Shown: in pieces, positions 27,130-41,457 of the stretch
How the letters are laid out: each line of letters begins with the position of its first letter
Numbering within the stretch: the stretch's first letter is position 1
Assembly (NCBI GenBank): GCA_964016885.1
Contig: OZ024740.1
Span: 314,340,001-314,404,000 of the forward strand
DNA length: 64,000 nucleotides
Source: Eledone cirrhosa
Lineage: Eukaryota
Direction of reading: 5' to 3'
Program-made: the position numbers and the translations under genes
The notes under the pieces: generated by a model
Seen by the model: only the letters and a program-made list of their open reading frames with translations
Told to the model about the DNA's origin: nothing
Databases searched by the model: none

Positions 27130-27384
27130 GGACCATTTTCTCATCCATAGTAACTGCTCTAGAAATTGCTACGTATTCAATGCGTCAGAGTAATCGACAT
27201 GTTGTTTACAATTCTCAATAGACTGATCATGTTGAACACATTTACGAACTTTTAAACTCCGAGACTTTTTAATGTATGTAGGACAATCATAGCTAACACA
27301 TTTGAAGATAACCCTCTGTATTCCTTGACCGCAATGATAGAAATTGCTGCTACTGCCACTTCCGGTGCTTCTACATCGAATCAT
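27130..27384 (-). mobile_element. Degenerate GIY-YIG (Penelope-like) remnant
   Basis: VIFKCVSYDCPTYIKKSRSLKVRKCVQH resembles VIY..C..C...YIG.T.R.L..R..EH. Confidence 0.4.
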
Positions 27385-27440
27385 TTGAAGAACGTCTCTT
27401 GGATCATCCTTCTAAAACAGGAAAACTAACTTCTAAATGT

Positions 27441-27690
27441 GAAGGTACGTGGCCTAGTGGTATGGGTGTTGAAGTTATGATCATAATGTTATAGATTCGA
27501 TTCCTGGGCTGGGTTGCGTGTTGTGTTCTTGAGCAAAACACTTCATTTCACGTTGCTCCAGTATATTCAGCTGAAAATGAGTACTAGAAATAGCTGGGGG
27601 TTTAACCCTAGATTGACTGCGTCCTGCCCAAGGTGGAGTCTCGTACTCTGTCGCTTCACGCCATGAAACCGGGATAAGTGCAGGCTCAAC
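27441..27690 (+). mobile_element. SINE family 2
   Basis: TGGCCTAGTGG, TTCGATTCC, TTGAGCAAAACACTTCATTTCACGTTGCTCCAG. Confidence 0.8.
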
Positions 27691-28278
27691 GCGCTGTCTT
27701 TAGCGCACGAGGGTATGAATGAATGCATGCACGTGTTTTTTTTTTATATACTTCATCAACGCCATAAGTGCTCCGGGTGGACGTTGATACTGCATGGAGC
27801 ATGACGTGGAATACTTTAGTTGGATCAAACATGGCGTCAAGTTAAAAAAAAAATCATACATACACACATACTCACTCCTGCATACATACATACACTCCCG
27901 CATACATACACACACACCCACTCCCACAATGCATACATACACACTTACACACTCCCTCATACATACACACATTCCCGCATACATTCATACACATACACAC
28001 ACACACACTCCTGCATAGATACATACACACACACACATACTCCTGCATACATACACACATAGAAACACACACACACACACATTCATACACACTCACACAT
28101 TCACACACACACACTCCCCCATTCATACACACCTTCAGAGGTCGAAGTAAGGAGTTTCCGCCATTAAAGTGATTTCCAAATAGAAGCCATTGTAGTAGTG
28201 GGGTGATGTGGGAGGGGGAGGCAAGACGTTCAACTTGAAGTATTACCAGACAATGACATCAATGGTTGTTGACATAAC

Positions 28279-28455
28279 TGTTTCTACTTTTGGCACAAGG
28301 CCAGCAATTACCGCAGTGTATTACTGGTACTTTATTTTATCGTCCCCGTAAGGATAAAAGGCATAGTTAACCTCGGCGGGATTTGAACTCAGACCGTAAA
28401 GGGACGTAACTCTATGCTGGAAAGCATGGCGTCCGACCCTCTACCGATACTGCCA
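28279..28455 (-). mobile_element. SINE family 1
   Basis: Same head, core and tail as the other copies. Confidence 0.85.
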
Positions 28456-28494
28456 AAAACCTTAAACAGCCATCCCTTGTAGTGTCGATAAAGA

Positions 28495-29213
28495 GGGCTG
28501 TCTGTTGTGGATAATAGGGGCTGTCGGTTGTGGATAATAGGGGCTGTCTGTTGTGGATAATAGGGGCTGTCGGTTGTGGATAATAGGGGCTGTCGGTTGT
28601 GGATAATAGGGGTCGTCTGTTGTGGATAATAGGGGCTGTCTGTTGTGAATAATAGGGGCTGTCGGTTGTGGATAATAGGGGCTGTATGTTGTGGATAATA
28701 GGGGTCGTCTGTTGTGGATAATAGGGGTTGTCTGTTGTGAATAATAGGGGCTGCCGGTTGTGGATAATAAGGGCTGTCGGTTGTGGATAATAGGGGTCGT
28801 CTGTTGTGGATAATAGGGGCTGTCTGTTGTGGATAATAGGGGTTGTCTGTTGTGAATAATAGGGGTTGTCTGTTGTGAATAATAGGGGTTGTCTGTTGTG
28901 AATAATAGGGGCTGTTGGTTGTGGATAATAGGGGTCGTCTGTTGTGGATAATAGGGGCTGTTGGTTGTGGATAATAGGGGTTGATGTGGATAATAGGGGT
29001 TGTCTGTTGTGAATAATAGGGGTCGTCTGTTGTGGATAATAGGGGCTGTCTGTTGTGGATAATAGGTGATGTCTGTTGTGAATAATAGGGGTCGTCTGTT
29101 GTGGATAATAGGGGCTGTCTGTTGTGGATAATAGGGGATGTCTGTTGTGGATAATAGGGGTTGTCTGATGTGGATAATAGGGGTTGTCGGTCTTGGATAA
29201 TAGGGGCTGTCTG
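28495..29213. repeat. 23-bp minisatellite, about 31 copies
   Basis: Unit GCTGTCTGTTGTGGATAATAGGG. Confidence 0.95.
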
Positions 29214-29944
29214 TCGTGGTTATGTATGTGTGTATGTGTCTTTATATGTGTGTGGTACTGTCTGTGTATGTATATGTGTCTGTCTGTGTGTTTGTGTGTG
29301 TGTATGTGTGTCTGACTGTCTGTGTGTTCATGTGTGTATGTGTATCTGTGTGTGTTTGCATGTGTCTGTGTCTGTGTGTATATATATATATATATATACA
29401 CACTTTACTGAACGTTAAAGTATCACATATTGTTATATTTGGGGTGGGTTATGTTGTCCTAATATTGCCAAAAATAGTAAAACACACTCACTGTTTGGCT
29501 TGGTTTTCGCTTCAGTATATTTTTATATTTTTATAAATAATTTAGCTGGCAATCAATGTTTATCATTGATTGACCAATAGTTAAAAATATAAATATAAAT
29601 ATAATTTCTCAAAGTTCTTTCGTCACATATTTCTGTGACATCTTCAGTGATTATCGCAATATTAGGACATGACCCTCGCCAAATATAACACGATTTCATG
29701 TCAAAATCCTTGCAAAACAAATATATCGCCGCTAAACGATCACAATTTTATACAAATCTGTAGAATTATAATAATCTCCTGTGATCAATATATAAATCCC
29801 TAAAAATCTTTGCCGATGAGCAACGTTGTAGCAGTGGATGGGGGGGGGGGGGGTCGTATGGCCTTATAATTTGGCCACATGATTTGTCGTGGGTAAATGT
29901 AGTAAACAATGCATGTTTAGTCATTGGCTTTGTGTGGTCAGAGC

Positions 29945-30265
29945 ATGTATGTATGGTCCCGTAACTCCTGATAGCATCGTAGAGGCACCGTATTGACATA
30001 TGGCGTTTCATAGGCATTTTAAGCTTGGCGGAGCCCACCCCTCTCCAGGTCTGAGTACAGCAGATTTCTTCCAGAGAAAGATAGAAAATGAGAGAGAGGA
30101 AATGAGAAAGAGATATAGAGGAAGAATCGACCCTAGAACTAGACTGGTATTTGTTTATCGACCTCGAAAGGATGAAAGGCAAAGTTGACCTCGGTGGGAT
30201 TTGAACTCAGAGAGCAGAGTGCCGGAACGAGTATCATAGAGCATTCTATCCAACGTTCTAACGCT
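29945..30265 (-). mobile_element. SINE family 3 (CATA tail)
   Basis: Family-1-like core with a different 3' region ending GGACCATACATACAT. Confidence 0.82.
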
Positions 30266-31090
30266 GCCTGTCAAAAACTAGGTTTTTCAGCTTGCCAAAC
30301 TGTGAGAAGGAGTGCACATTAGTGGGCTAGCCAAGGGCGCTAAAAGTCCAGGAACTGGTTCCGCTAATACGGTAATATATTCCGTATATTAACGGTGGAT
30401 CTAACTCGGTTATCCCTGTCAGTGCTCCCAAACCTGTAATGAGAACTATTCTAACAGTGACCACCCTGTCTTTTGGTATTTATGAACTATACTGTCCAAT
30501 GCACTCTTTTTTAAGAATGTACGTGTATTCACGTAGTGGGTACCTTACCAACTTGGGTCATTACATGTCTGTGTTATTGTTTAGCCCCTGTCCGAACAAG
30601 CCTAATATCAACGATGTTCTACTTGAGTTAGGCAGAGGTTCTAATTGCAAAACAACCTATCAACTGACCGTTGTTCTTTTTAACCAATGAGAATCAGTTT
30701 AATTAGAATTCCCTCAAAACATCTTTTATGTCAGTTCATTTCATTGTTGCCTTCATGTAGTAGGGAACTCTAAGTAGCAACGATGTGAATCGTCAACGAA
30801 TTCCTTATAAAACTAAATTCTACATAATGTATTGAGTACATTTTTTTTTTTGTAAACAAAAAAAGCATATATTTATGTGTGTATGTGCATGTGTGTGAAT
30901 GTGAGAGAAAGAGAGAGAAAGAGGGGAAGAGAGAGAGAGTGAGCAAGAGAGAGAGAGAAAGAGGGGAAGCGAGAGAGAGAGAGAGAAAGAGAAAGAGAGG
31001 AAGACAGAGAGGGTGAGCGAGAGAGAGAGAGAGAGAAAGGGGAAGAGAGAGAGAGAGGATGAGCAAGAGAGAGAGAAAGCGGGGGAAAGC

Positions 31091-31147
<57 letters not shown>

Positions 31148-31267
31148 TTGCGGGGATAGAAAGTGGGGAAGAGAGATAGCTATAGAATACAACAAGATTA
31201 TAAAAGCCACAGAACATTGACTCTCTACATTAAAATTTTACTGCAGTTTTCTTCTTTCGTTAATAAT

Positions 31268-31430
31268 TGTTTCTACTTTTGGCACAAGGCCAGCAATTAC
31301 CCAGTACATTACTGGTACTTTATTTTATCGACCCCATAAGGATGAAAGGCAAAGTTAACCTCGGCGGGATTTGAACTCAGACCATAAAGGGCCGTAACTC
31401 TTTGCTGCAAAAAGCATGGCGTCCGACCCT
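31268..31430 (-). mobile_element. SINE family 1, 5'-truncated
   Basis: Core and tail. Confidence 0.85.
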
Positions 31431-31630
31431 TAATCAGTAATGATATAATGTCAGTTTAGTTGATATACTTAATAATAATTCATTCCTAACAAACTCATGG
31501 TGATGTACTGGGAGTTATAAATTGATAAATGTTTGATTCTTGTACTCATTATTATTAATCATTGACACAGTTGCTTAAGGTACATCGTTTAGTAGTATAT
31601 ACTTCACTTAACTTCCCTTTACGTTAATGT

Positions 31631-31890
31631 GGAGGCGCGTAGCCAAGTGGTAAGTGTGTTGGACTTACGATCATAATACCGTGTGTTCGATTCCTGGACT
31701 GGGTTGTGTGTTGTGTTCTTCAGCAAAACACTTCATTTCACGTTGTTCCAGTATACTCAGCTGAACATGAGTACCAGCAATAGCTAAGGGTTTGACCCTG
31801 CGATGGACTTGTGTCTGTCCAGAGTGGAGTCTTGTACTTTCAGTCGGTTCACGCCATGAAACCGGGTTGAGCACCGAACTAACGAACCTT
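31631..31890 (+). mobile_element. SINE family 2
   Basis: Homologous to 27441-27690. Confidence 0.8.
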
Positions 31891-32069
31891 CTGTCTCTGG
31901 CTTAAGACAGGCTGTAGACGTAGACTTTTATGTCTTACTTATCTCTTACTAATTAACCATGGCACTAATTAGCCTCATTCTAGAATACCTGATGATGCAA
32001 TAAATTTACAGAAATCATGATATTTTCTGTTTGATATAACCATATATAAATATAAATAGATCGAATTAG

Positions 32070-32590
32070 AACATAGCTGTATACAAATATGTATTTGAAT
32101 TTCGTATTTCTAAAGAAATGCGGTATGTTTATAAATAAACATTTAGAAAGCCATAGCTATGAATGACACTGGCAGCTAACGCCACCGTGCAGTGCTCGGC
32201 AGAAGCAAGGGGGACAATCGTCAATGCATTTCGGACTGAACTGGTTTTCGTCAGGACAATCTCTCTTGCTCTTGCAACTGCCGGACTTTGAAAACAGGCG
32301 GAAATATATAGTTTTTTCGTCTAGCTATGGCTTTCTAAATGTTTATTTATAAATATACCGTATTTCTTTCGAAATACGAAATCCAAATACATATTTGTAT
32401 ACAGCTATGTTCGAAGCCAAATTCCAATTCTATTCTATATTATTGAGCCTACTTATACAGCTTCATATGCAAATGAGATTAATCACCTCATTTACACAGA
32501 CGAAAAAACTATATATATAGCTATGGCTTTCTAAATGTTTATTTATAAACATACCGTATTTCTTTAGAAATACGAAATTCAAATACATAT
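32070..32590. repeat. About 90-bp inverted repeat (32070-32159 / 32322-32411), with a third partial arm at 32518-32590
   Basis: Direct reverse-complement match. The spacer holds a degenerate hammerhead on the minus strand. Confidence 0.85.
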
Positions 32591-32594
32591 GAAT

Positions 32595-32676
<82 letters not shown>

Positions 32677-32689
32677 CGTATCGAGAGAG

Positions 32690-35491
32690 AGAAAAAGAAA
32701 GAGGGTTAGGTGATACATGTAGTTATTTGGCAAATAGCGTATGCAGAAGGTGCTCAATACTGGTGCCGGCAGTGTTAGATATTAGAGGTGTTAATATCTA
32801 GTGGGCGAGAGAGTTAGCAGAGCGTAAGCACGTGGAAAAGTAAGAAATAGGAGAACAGACCGTTAATACATGTTTATTTAAAACTGCACCTACGTACGTT
32901 TCGCCCGGATGGGCTTCTCAAGGGCATAAATAACTAAAAAGTGTTCCTTACATGGCCCGGAAAGTGTTTTTGGAGGTAAGTTCACGTCAGAGTTCATTCT
33001 TCACAAAAAAGCGTGTTTTGATTTTGCAGTAGGTCAAAGGAGGTAACTCTGGCCGGTGTTAGAGGAGTCTTTCCCGGACAAATTTTTTATCCGTTACAAG
33101 ATGTGGTTACAACCTTACCATTGTCGATACGCACAGGGTCAGGTAAGCAACGTTTGTTTTGAGACGTTTGTTTTCTGCACCTGCCCGCCTGGGTCATTTG
33201 AAGCTGGGTCTGGGATGCATGGTTAGTTTCCGGATGTTTTTTGCAGCGCCTGCCCGCCGGGGTGTTAAAGCTTGTTGCAGTGAGACCCGGTATACGGTTT
33301 CACTCCTCATCCTTATCCCATCTGAAGAAGGATATTTTTAAGCGATGTGTACATCTGATATAGGAAAGATTAGTAAAGTGATCCTCGATAGAGTACTACT
33401 GGAGCTTAATAGAAAGGCTAAGGTCTGCCTCTGGGGCAACATCGACCAGGTCATAAATTGGTTCACCGAGTTGCCTGATAAAGCGACCCTGAAGTTCATC
33501 CAGTTTGACATAGATAGTTACTACGCCTCTATCTCCCCATACTCTTAAATAAGGCACTCATATTAGCTAAATCTAACACTAGCCTCACTAAAAAAGAAAT
33601 AGAGATAGTTCTAGCGGCGCGTAGAACCATTATCCAGTTCAGAGGCTCCCACTGGACCATAGCTTCGATATCACGATGGAGTCCAGCGACTCAGCGCAAG
33701 CAACTGACCTGGTCGGAATTTACCTCCTCCATAAGCTTAGGGACGAGATACCGGCCCTACAAGGAGGTGTATATAGGGACGACGCCCTGTTTACCGTTAG
33801 GAACCATAGCCCTCGTAGGATAGAGAACCTTAACAAGCATATACACAGGTTCTTCAAGTCATACGGCCTATCCGTAACTATAGATCTCAACCACCAGGTT
33901 GTCAACTTCCTGGACGTGACCCTGGAGTTGAGTACGGGCCTATACAAGCCATACGATAAGCCTGGAGAGAGCCTTTCTTATTTTAATTATGCCTCCAACC
34001 ACCCTAAGCAGACTCTCAACTCCATAGTCTATAGCATCTCACATAGGATCTCGAGGCTCTCCGCCAATGAGGATATCTTCAACCAAGCAGCAGATTACTA
34101 CAATAGGGCCTTGATAAGCGCTGGCTTTAACCGAGGAATTTCCTACATCCCTAACGCTAGCTCCAGAAACCACTCCCCTCATAAGACGAACGTTATAGTA
34201 AGCCATACCTATAACCGATCACGCGGCGACTTCGTAGGAGTCGGATGTAATAGTATAGATAATCGCACTAAGGAACACGGCCACAATGTTAATTACACCG
34301 GCGATAGTATAGGTAACTTACCACACAATAAAGATCACGACCCCGGTGACAGTGACCACTGTAGCCTACTCGAATTATTCCCCTACTATAAAATCAACAA
34401 AGGCGACGGCCTACTACCAACGCCTTCCAACCAACATCTTCCTGTACATAAACAAAGCAGAAGGAAGAAGAGTGCACCCGTTCATAAAGTGAAAGGGGCA
34501 CGTAACGGGCTACCGCGCTTTAACATGCATAAGGACGGTTACCCCGATGGAACCACCCATAGCAAACGTACAAGGAAACGTAATCGCCACCGTAACGTCC
34601 TATGGTTCCATCCCCCTACTCTCGGAGTGTGGCCTTCGACATACCCCGGATATTCTTCGAAGCCTTAGAGAAGAACTTCCCACCCAACCATAGGTATAAA
34701 AATATCCTTCTCTACTACTCCTAACCTAGTAGACATCATAGGAACAACTAATCACAGTAAGATCACCAAGACACAACACCTTAGTACAGACGCACCTACA
34801 CCTGACAATAACTATATCGGCCATAACGACTCCCTAGCAGCATCCAATAGTGCTGGAAACAGCCTCTACAGACGCAGCCAGCATAACCGCAACATGACTG
34901 GGGAACATACAGGACATGACGTGCGGAATAATAATGGTACCACCCCGCGCACAGTGGGTTGAATGGTGCTAACGACAGCTGCGGGAAAGTAGGTAACAAC
35001 GTAGATAGCAATAATGATAGCCTTACCGTGGGAATTAGAAGGACCGCGACCGAAATTGCAACTGCCGCGACAGGGGACGCTTCCCCCTTAGGGGATACTG
35101 CTTGACTGATAGAGTTATATATAGGAGCACTGTAACTAGCCACAATAGCGTTAAACATTATATAGGGGCTACCTCTGGCCCGTTCAAAATTAGATTTCGA
35201 ACACATCTCCACTCTTTCAAAAATAAGAAATTAAGACACTCCACTTCGCTCGCGGACTACATCACATCATTAAAAGACTTAAACATCAGCTTTTCCACGC
35301 ACTGGGATATTGTCGGCAGGGCTGCACCGTATAACTTCAAGAGGAAGGGCGATCTTTGCCTCATGGCACTCTACCACATCATAACGACACCCCACGAGCT
35401 CATCAACAGCAGAGCTGAAACGACGATAAGCTGTACACATCGCTTAAAAATATCATTCTTCAGATGGGATAAGAATGAGGAGTGAAACCGT
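32690..35491 (+). mobile_element. Penelope-like element, 5'-truncated, with an inverted copy of its 3' end/pLTR upstream
   Basis: RT (FIQFDIDSYYASI, YRDD, NFLDVTL, SNHP, LWFHPP) at 33345-34668. GIY-YIG (VIY...YIGATSGPFKIRF) at 35102-35485. 33294-33353 is the reverse complement of 35432-35491 with 2 mismatches. Confidence 0.9.
32885..32926 (-). ncRNA. Variant hammerhead-like motif in the inverted pLTR
   Basis: TGCCC-TTGAGAA-GCCC(ATCC)GGGC-GAAA-CGTACG-TA-GGTGCA. Confidence 0.55.
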
Positions 35492-36146
35492 TTGTATTTT
35501 AACTCCTAGAATTAACGATTAACTGATTAATTTAATTAGACAATTCTATTGATTGATTAATTGTTTATGTTTGTTTGATAACTTCTGGTTGAGTGATTAA
35601 TTCGGTTTGTCTAAGGGAGTTTCATTCCTTTGTCCCAAATTTCGAATTCACCGCAAAAACGGGGTTACCTCCCTTTCAGAAAACCACGTATCTATAGCGA
35701 AATTTACTGCTAGAACACACCCGCTGAGGCTATAGAACGCAAGACTTGTTGACGAAGTAAATCCTTTGTTCTGTCGTCAAAGGCCATTAACTTGCAGACC
35801 CCTGCAAGCGGAATTAGTCGATCTCGGATTTACAGAAACCTAACGTGGATGTTGTATGTTATATGTGATGTATATCGTATACTATACCGATATGCGTTAT
35901 GTGTTGCATTCGATCTCCGCGCGATGGTCCAGGTCAGTCAAAATCTTTCCCTGAGTTCAGTCTTTTTCGTTGGTATGGCAATGCGGCTGGACTGCCGGTC
36001 GCTATATTTGATTTGAAAAGCTGTCGAAACGTATTGTTATAACTCCGGGGTATTATTTTCCATCGAGTGCTAAAGCTACATTCCGAATCTGCATTCGTTA
36101 GCTTAGCCGCAGTCTAGAGCTTCGTTAATGCTGTACTAAAATTTGC

Positions 36147-36283
<137 letters not shown>

Positions 36284-36286
36284 TCA

Positions 36287-36690
36287 ATGCGCGTAGCTTA
36301 GTCATTAGGATGTTCGGCTCACGTTTTAAGATAGTGAGTTCGGTTTCCTCAAGAAAAAAATATCAATCTCAAGTTGCTCCAGTCCACTCAGGTGGAACAA
36401 TAATTGTTTCTACTTTAGGCACAAGGCCAGCAATTACTCAGTGCATTACTGGTACTTTATTTTATCGACCCCGTAAGGATGAAAGGCAAAGTCAACCTCG
36501 GCGGGATTTGAACTCAGATCGTAAAGGGACGTAACTATGCTGGAAAGCAGAACAATAATGAATTGTACTCGTAATTTAGAGGGACAACCCTGCCTTACAC
36601 TGTGACACACTAAATTTCGCTGAGAATTATGTTAGGAGTACAAATTCTGTGGTGTACGTTAATTTCACGAGTAGGCTGTACTGTTGATTA
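36287..36690 (+). mobile_element. SINE family 2 interrupted by a minus-strand family 1 SINE (36405-36549)
   Basis: Inner element has the 10-bp TSD GAACAATAAT (36395-36404 and 36550-36559). Confidence 0.8.
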
Positions 36691-36789
36691 AACAACTGAC
36701 ACACTTGACGGCGGTCCAACACACGCACACACTCACATACACACATACATATTTACATAATACATACATACAACCACTATATTGACTCC

Positions 36790-37483
36790 CACTATATTGG
36801 CTCCTAAGAACAGGAAAAATCAACACAAAATACCTGATTCACAAAAAAGATAGGTATGCAGGCAAAACACCTAGATGTGACAACAAGTGCAGACTCTGCA
36901 GAATTAACGTCGAAGATGTCATCCATAAGCAGCTGTCCAAAGATGTCATCACGATACTATCTACCTATGAGGCATGATGTAGTGGCCAAAACACTGTACA
37001 ATGCAATCCGTAGAAAAGATAGCCCCGATAATAAACACATTAAAAGTTACAGCAATGTGGAAGATATATACATACATAATATGAAAGAGTACTGGTGGAA
37101 TGTTCCAGTCAAAACCCCAATAAAATGCAAACATAACAGACCAGATATTATGACATGGGACAGTAGTGGAAGTTAGCTGCCCAGCAGATGCCAATATAAC
37201 ATTAAAGATCAGCGAAAAGGAGAATATCTATGCAGAACTAATGGGAAATCTGCAGATACTCCACCCTGACTATACCTTCAGATTTATACCTGTGATTATT
37301 GGGGCACTGGGGTATGTTAGTAACTGCCTCAGTACAAATCTTGAGACGCTAGGCTTCACAGAAACAGAAAGAACACGACTAGTTAGGAAATTACAAGTAC
37401 AATCCATTAATGGAACAGTAAAAATATGTAATACTCTCTCTCTCTATTGGTAAATATTTATAAAATCATAAAACCAGAAGAAC
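36790..37483 (+). mobile_element. R4/Dong-like family B, 3' fragment
   Basis: RHD/RPD RLE motifs, matches 24265-25170 with deletions, flanked by (CATA)n. Confidence 0.88.
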
Positions 37484-37519
37484 ATACATACATACATACA
37501 TACCTGGGGTTAAGTGATG

Positions 37520-37725
37520 GAGAGTTCGAGACCCTGAACAGGACGCCAGTCTATCGCAGGTTAAACCCTCAGCTATTGCTGGCACTCATTTCCTGTTGAG
37601 TATACTGGAGCAATGTGAAATGAAGAGTTTCGCTGAAGAACACAACACATAACCCAGTCCAGAAACTGAACCGACGACGTTATGATCGTAAATTCAACAG
37701 CCTTGCCACCGGGTCACGTGCCTAC
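37520..37725 (-). mobile_element. SINE family 2
   Basis: Reverse complement of the family 2 core. Confidence 0.7.
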
Positions 37726-38769
37726 TCAATACTAAGCTATTGTTTTTATTGAATAATTTAGTTGATGAAAATCATTAAACCAAAAATATCATTATCAAAT
37801 AATTAAATAAACCATAGCAAATAAATTCAGTAACCAAATATTAAGCATATCATTTCAATCGTTCTTGTTGAAAACGATCAATTAATCTTACATAATAATA
37901 GTAACCAGAACCATTGTCAGATGCTTTGTGTTGAGTTATGAAATAGAATAGAAGTTAACGTATAATAGCAGCTTATAACATGAACCTTCATCAGTACATA
38001 CTGATAACATGAACCTTCATTAGGCATACTTGGTTTAAAACTGCCGACTAAATTGTGTAATTCTTTTAAAACGAGTTAATGGATTTTCATAAATTGTAAT
38101 TTTGTTGGGTTTCATTATAACACCTTATAATAAAAGGTTGAGAAAGGTTGTATAACAAAGAGATATTCACATTCATATGCACGCAGAACTGTGTTGTGTA
38201 AAGGGTTAAATATACACTTGACATTGTGCCTCAAAACTACGGTGTGTAGTATTGTGATATAAATAAATCAAACAATGAGTTAAATTGTGTAAAGGATTAT
38301 GTACATATCAAACATACATTGAGCTATGAATTATATTAACCAAACACATTCATAGATAATTTCTGTCATTGAATCAAATTTGAGCGGACCTTTTTCTAAA
38401 AAGATCAAATAGAGATATTATCTAGAAACGTTAAGAGATTTTTTCCTGTAGGCCCACATATCTATTTTTGCTGATCTGGACCACTCCTTAGCTATTGTCG
38501 TCAGATGTGAACATTAAATGTATTGTTATGTGGTGTTGTCTACTTAAAACACTGTGTAAATGACTTCAAGTAGTGCTAAGAATGAATTTATTAAATTGGC
38601 ATAAGAACAAAAACTTATAAACAACGGAAATTGAACACCCATGCCTTAAATAAAACATCAAATTGGTATATGAGTGGAATTAAATGGTTTCAAGTAGAAT
38701 TAAGCAGAAGCAAATCTATAATATAGATTACGAGTTGATGAAAATCATTCTACTAGAGAAATCATTATC

Positions 38770-38990
38770 ATATAAGAGCAATTAAAGAACTCAAATGTGG
38801 CAAAGCCTCTCGGTAGGATGAAAATCGGCCCGAGATATTAAAAGTCTTGAATAGAGAAGGTATTTTCTGGCTGAATCGCGTGTACCGAGTGGCCTGGATC
38901 TCACTAAAGGCATCTAAGAAATAGCAATCGGGAGTGACAATCCCAATTTTCACAAAGAGAGACAAGAGCGATTGCTGCTCCAATTATAAT
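38770..38990 (+). mobile_element. Degenerate RTE-type RT fragment
   Basis: KELKCGKASR*DENRPEILK...GVTIPIFTKRDKSDC. Confidence 0.6.
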
Positions 38991-39000
38991 TCCTTGTAGG

Positions 39001-39192
39001 AACCAGGCGTCTGAATCCAATCCAGGTGGGTACGAGGTGTGTGAATCTAATCCAGGTGGGTAGGAGGCATGTGAATCTAATCCAGGTGGGTAAGAGGTGA
39101 GTGGATCTAATCCAGGTGGGTATGAGTCATGTGAATCCAATTCAGGTGGATACGAGGCATGTGAATCCAATCCAGGTGGGTACGAGGTGTGT
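39001..39192. repeat. 30-bp minisatellite, about 6 copies
   Basis: Unit GTGAATCTAATCCAGGTGGGTACGAGGTGT. Confidence 0.92.
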
Positions 39193-39498
39193 AAACAGAA
39201 AATAAATTGTTATTCACGGTTTAGTCCGGCCAGGTTTGAGCCGTTGAAAAGACAGACTCTGAATATGTTGAAATCGTTGCTTAAATATCATAGCAACAAC
39301 ATAGTTGTTCAGTGAAGCGATCTACCAACCGGTGCCCCATCTCACCGATAGAAAGGGCGGGTCCTGTGAGAGTAGTAGTGTTACTAAGAAAAGGGAAGAA
39401 GGTTAAAAACGATAGATAGAGAAAGAGAGAGAGGAGGGAGACAGGGGGAGAGAGTCAGACAGGTAAATAAATAGATAGATAGATAGATAGATAGATAT

Positions 39499-39543
<45 letters not shown>

Positions 39544-39544
39544 C

Positions 39545-39619
<75 letters not shown>

Positions 39620-40061
39620 CAGCCAGACTGTCAGTCAGGCAGACAGGTAGGCAGACAGGCAAGTAGATAAACAGATAGTATAGATGAAAAAGAAATTCTT
39701 CATAAATCCATAAAGATTACCTTAGTATTTTCAATCCAGATGTTTCCTTAAACTCAGCGTTTCAATATCAACCAGGTAAAGGAGAATAAATAAAAAAAAA
39801 ACCTTTGTAGATTTAATAGTAACACAGTTGGACCTTTAGAAGCAAGTGTTCTGAATGGCTGGTAGTAATATAAGACTTTCAAACAGTGGAATAAAGTTGA
39901 TTCTTTTGATTTAAACATTATAAATGTATTTCATTGGTTGAGCTACTTTCTTTTTTTCACTGTTTAGAGAACAAAATTGAAAATAGCTTTATTGTTTGAT
40001 ACTAATTCATTAAATGAGATGTATTGCAATAAATAAAGAGAGTGTTTCTGTGAAACATATA

Positions 40062-40161
40062 CAGGGTGTTCCAAAAAATGTATAAATACTTTCATTACCT
40101 GTACAGGCAATATTTATTAGCATGCTCTTGAAGTGTGTATTTATTTTGGGGGGACACCCTG
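40062..40161. mobile_element. 100-bp Tc1/mariner-type MITE
   Basis: TIRs CAGGGTGTTCCAAAAAA / TTTTGGGGGGACACCCTG, TA on both sides. Confidence 0.75.
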
Positions 40162-40465
40162 TAAATATACACCAAATCCGAACACAAAGGAACCAAACTC
40201 CCACTGTCACTGCCTCCGTCTCTCTCGCTCTCCCAATCTGTCACTATTATGCACAAATGGGGGTCCACTCGATGGTCACCCCGTGGCTCCGGTGGACAGG
40301 CCACCCCCACGGCCCCGGCGGACAGGATGAAGAAGGCGTTTTACCATTCCCATTATTTCCACATTCCTCTCACTCCCACTTCACTCACCCACCATTCCTC
40401 GCACCATTCCCATTTCACTCACCCACCAATTTTCCTTTGAGTATCATTTCTTTATCCCTCTCTCT

Positions 40466-40575
<110 letters not shown>

Positions 40576-40716
40576 CTCTCTCTCACTCTCTAATCTCTGT
40601 TGCTATCTAATCTCTATCCACCTCCCTAGCTACTACTCCGTTATTCTACTTATACTTTCCACCTGATACTTCCTTCCACCTAACTTCATCTTTCTAGAGA
40701 AATCTTCCCATATGTA

Positions 40717-40764
<48 letters not shown>

Positions 40765-41457
40765 TCTTCTTCTTCTTCTTCTTCTTCTTCTTCTTCTTCT
40801 CTATCCCGCTTTCTTTCTTTCTCTTTTACCCTCTCTCATCACTATCTCTTTCTCTTTCTCTCATACTCTCTCATCTTTCCTCTTTCTCGCACACCCTCTC
40901 TCTCGTCTCTCTCTTCCACTCCCTTCCCTCGTGATATATATATATATTTCACTCTCTTTCTCTCTTCTTCTCACTCCCTCTTTCTTCTTCTCTATCCCGC
41001 TTCATTTCTTTATTCCCCCCCTCCTCTCTCTCCCTATATATATATATATATATATCACTTTAACTCCTTCTTTCTCCATCTACCCCACTTCAGCTCTCTC
41101 CCTACCCCTTCCCTTCTACTGTTCATTAGACTTTCACAGAAGTCTTCTGCAAAGTGTATCAATCCTATTGCAAAGCTATTATCTGTTGATACATGCCTAT
41201 AGCTAAGTCAACTATATGTTAAGACATGTCGTCCGTATTGATAATTAATTCCATTATTCTTTGACAAGGTTAACAGCTGAATATGTCATAAACCTTCATA
41301 TTAAATGAGTGAGAAGAGTAACGAACTGCCATCTTAAATTTGATATGTAGATATGTAATGTTTGATAATAATATTGTTCTCAGAGTCGGAAGGAATTACA
41401 ATAAAGGTTTATATTAGTATGTAATCTATTTTGCATATATATATTTTATGTGTATAT

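Noticed and set aside
28412-29401. 329-aa repetitive ORF and CRISPR-like periodicity
   Set aside because: Pure 23-bp tandem minisatellite with no unique spacers and no cas genes; the ORF is a by-product
38904-39315. Repetitive peptides YPPGLDSHAS
   Set aside because: 30-bp minisatellite open in both directions, adjacent to an RT remnant
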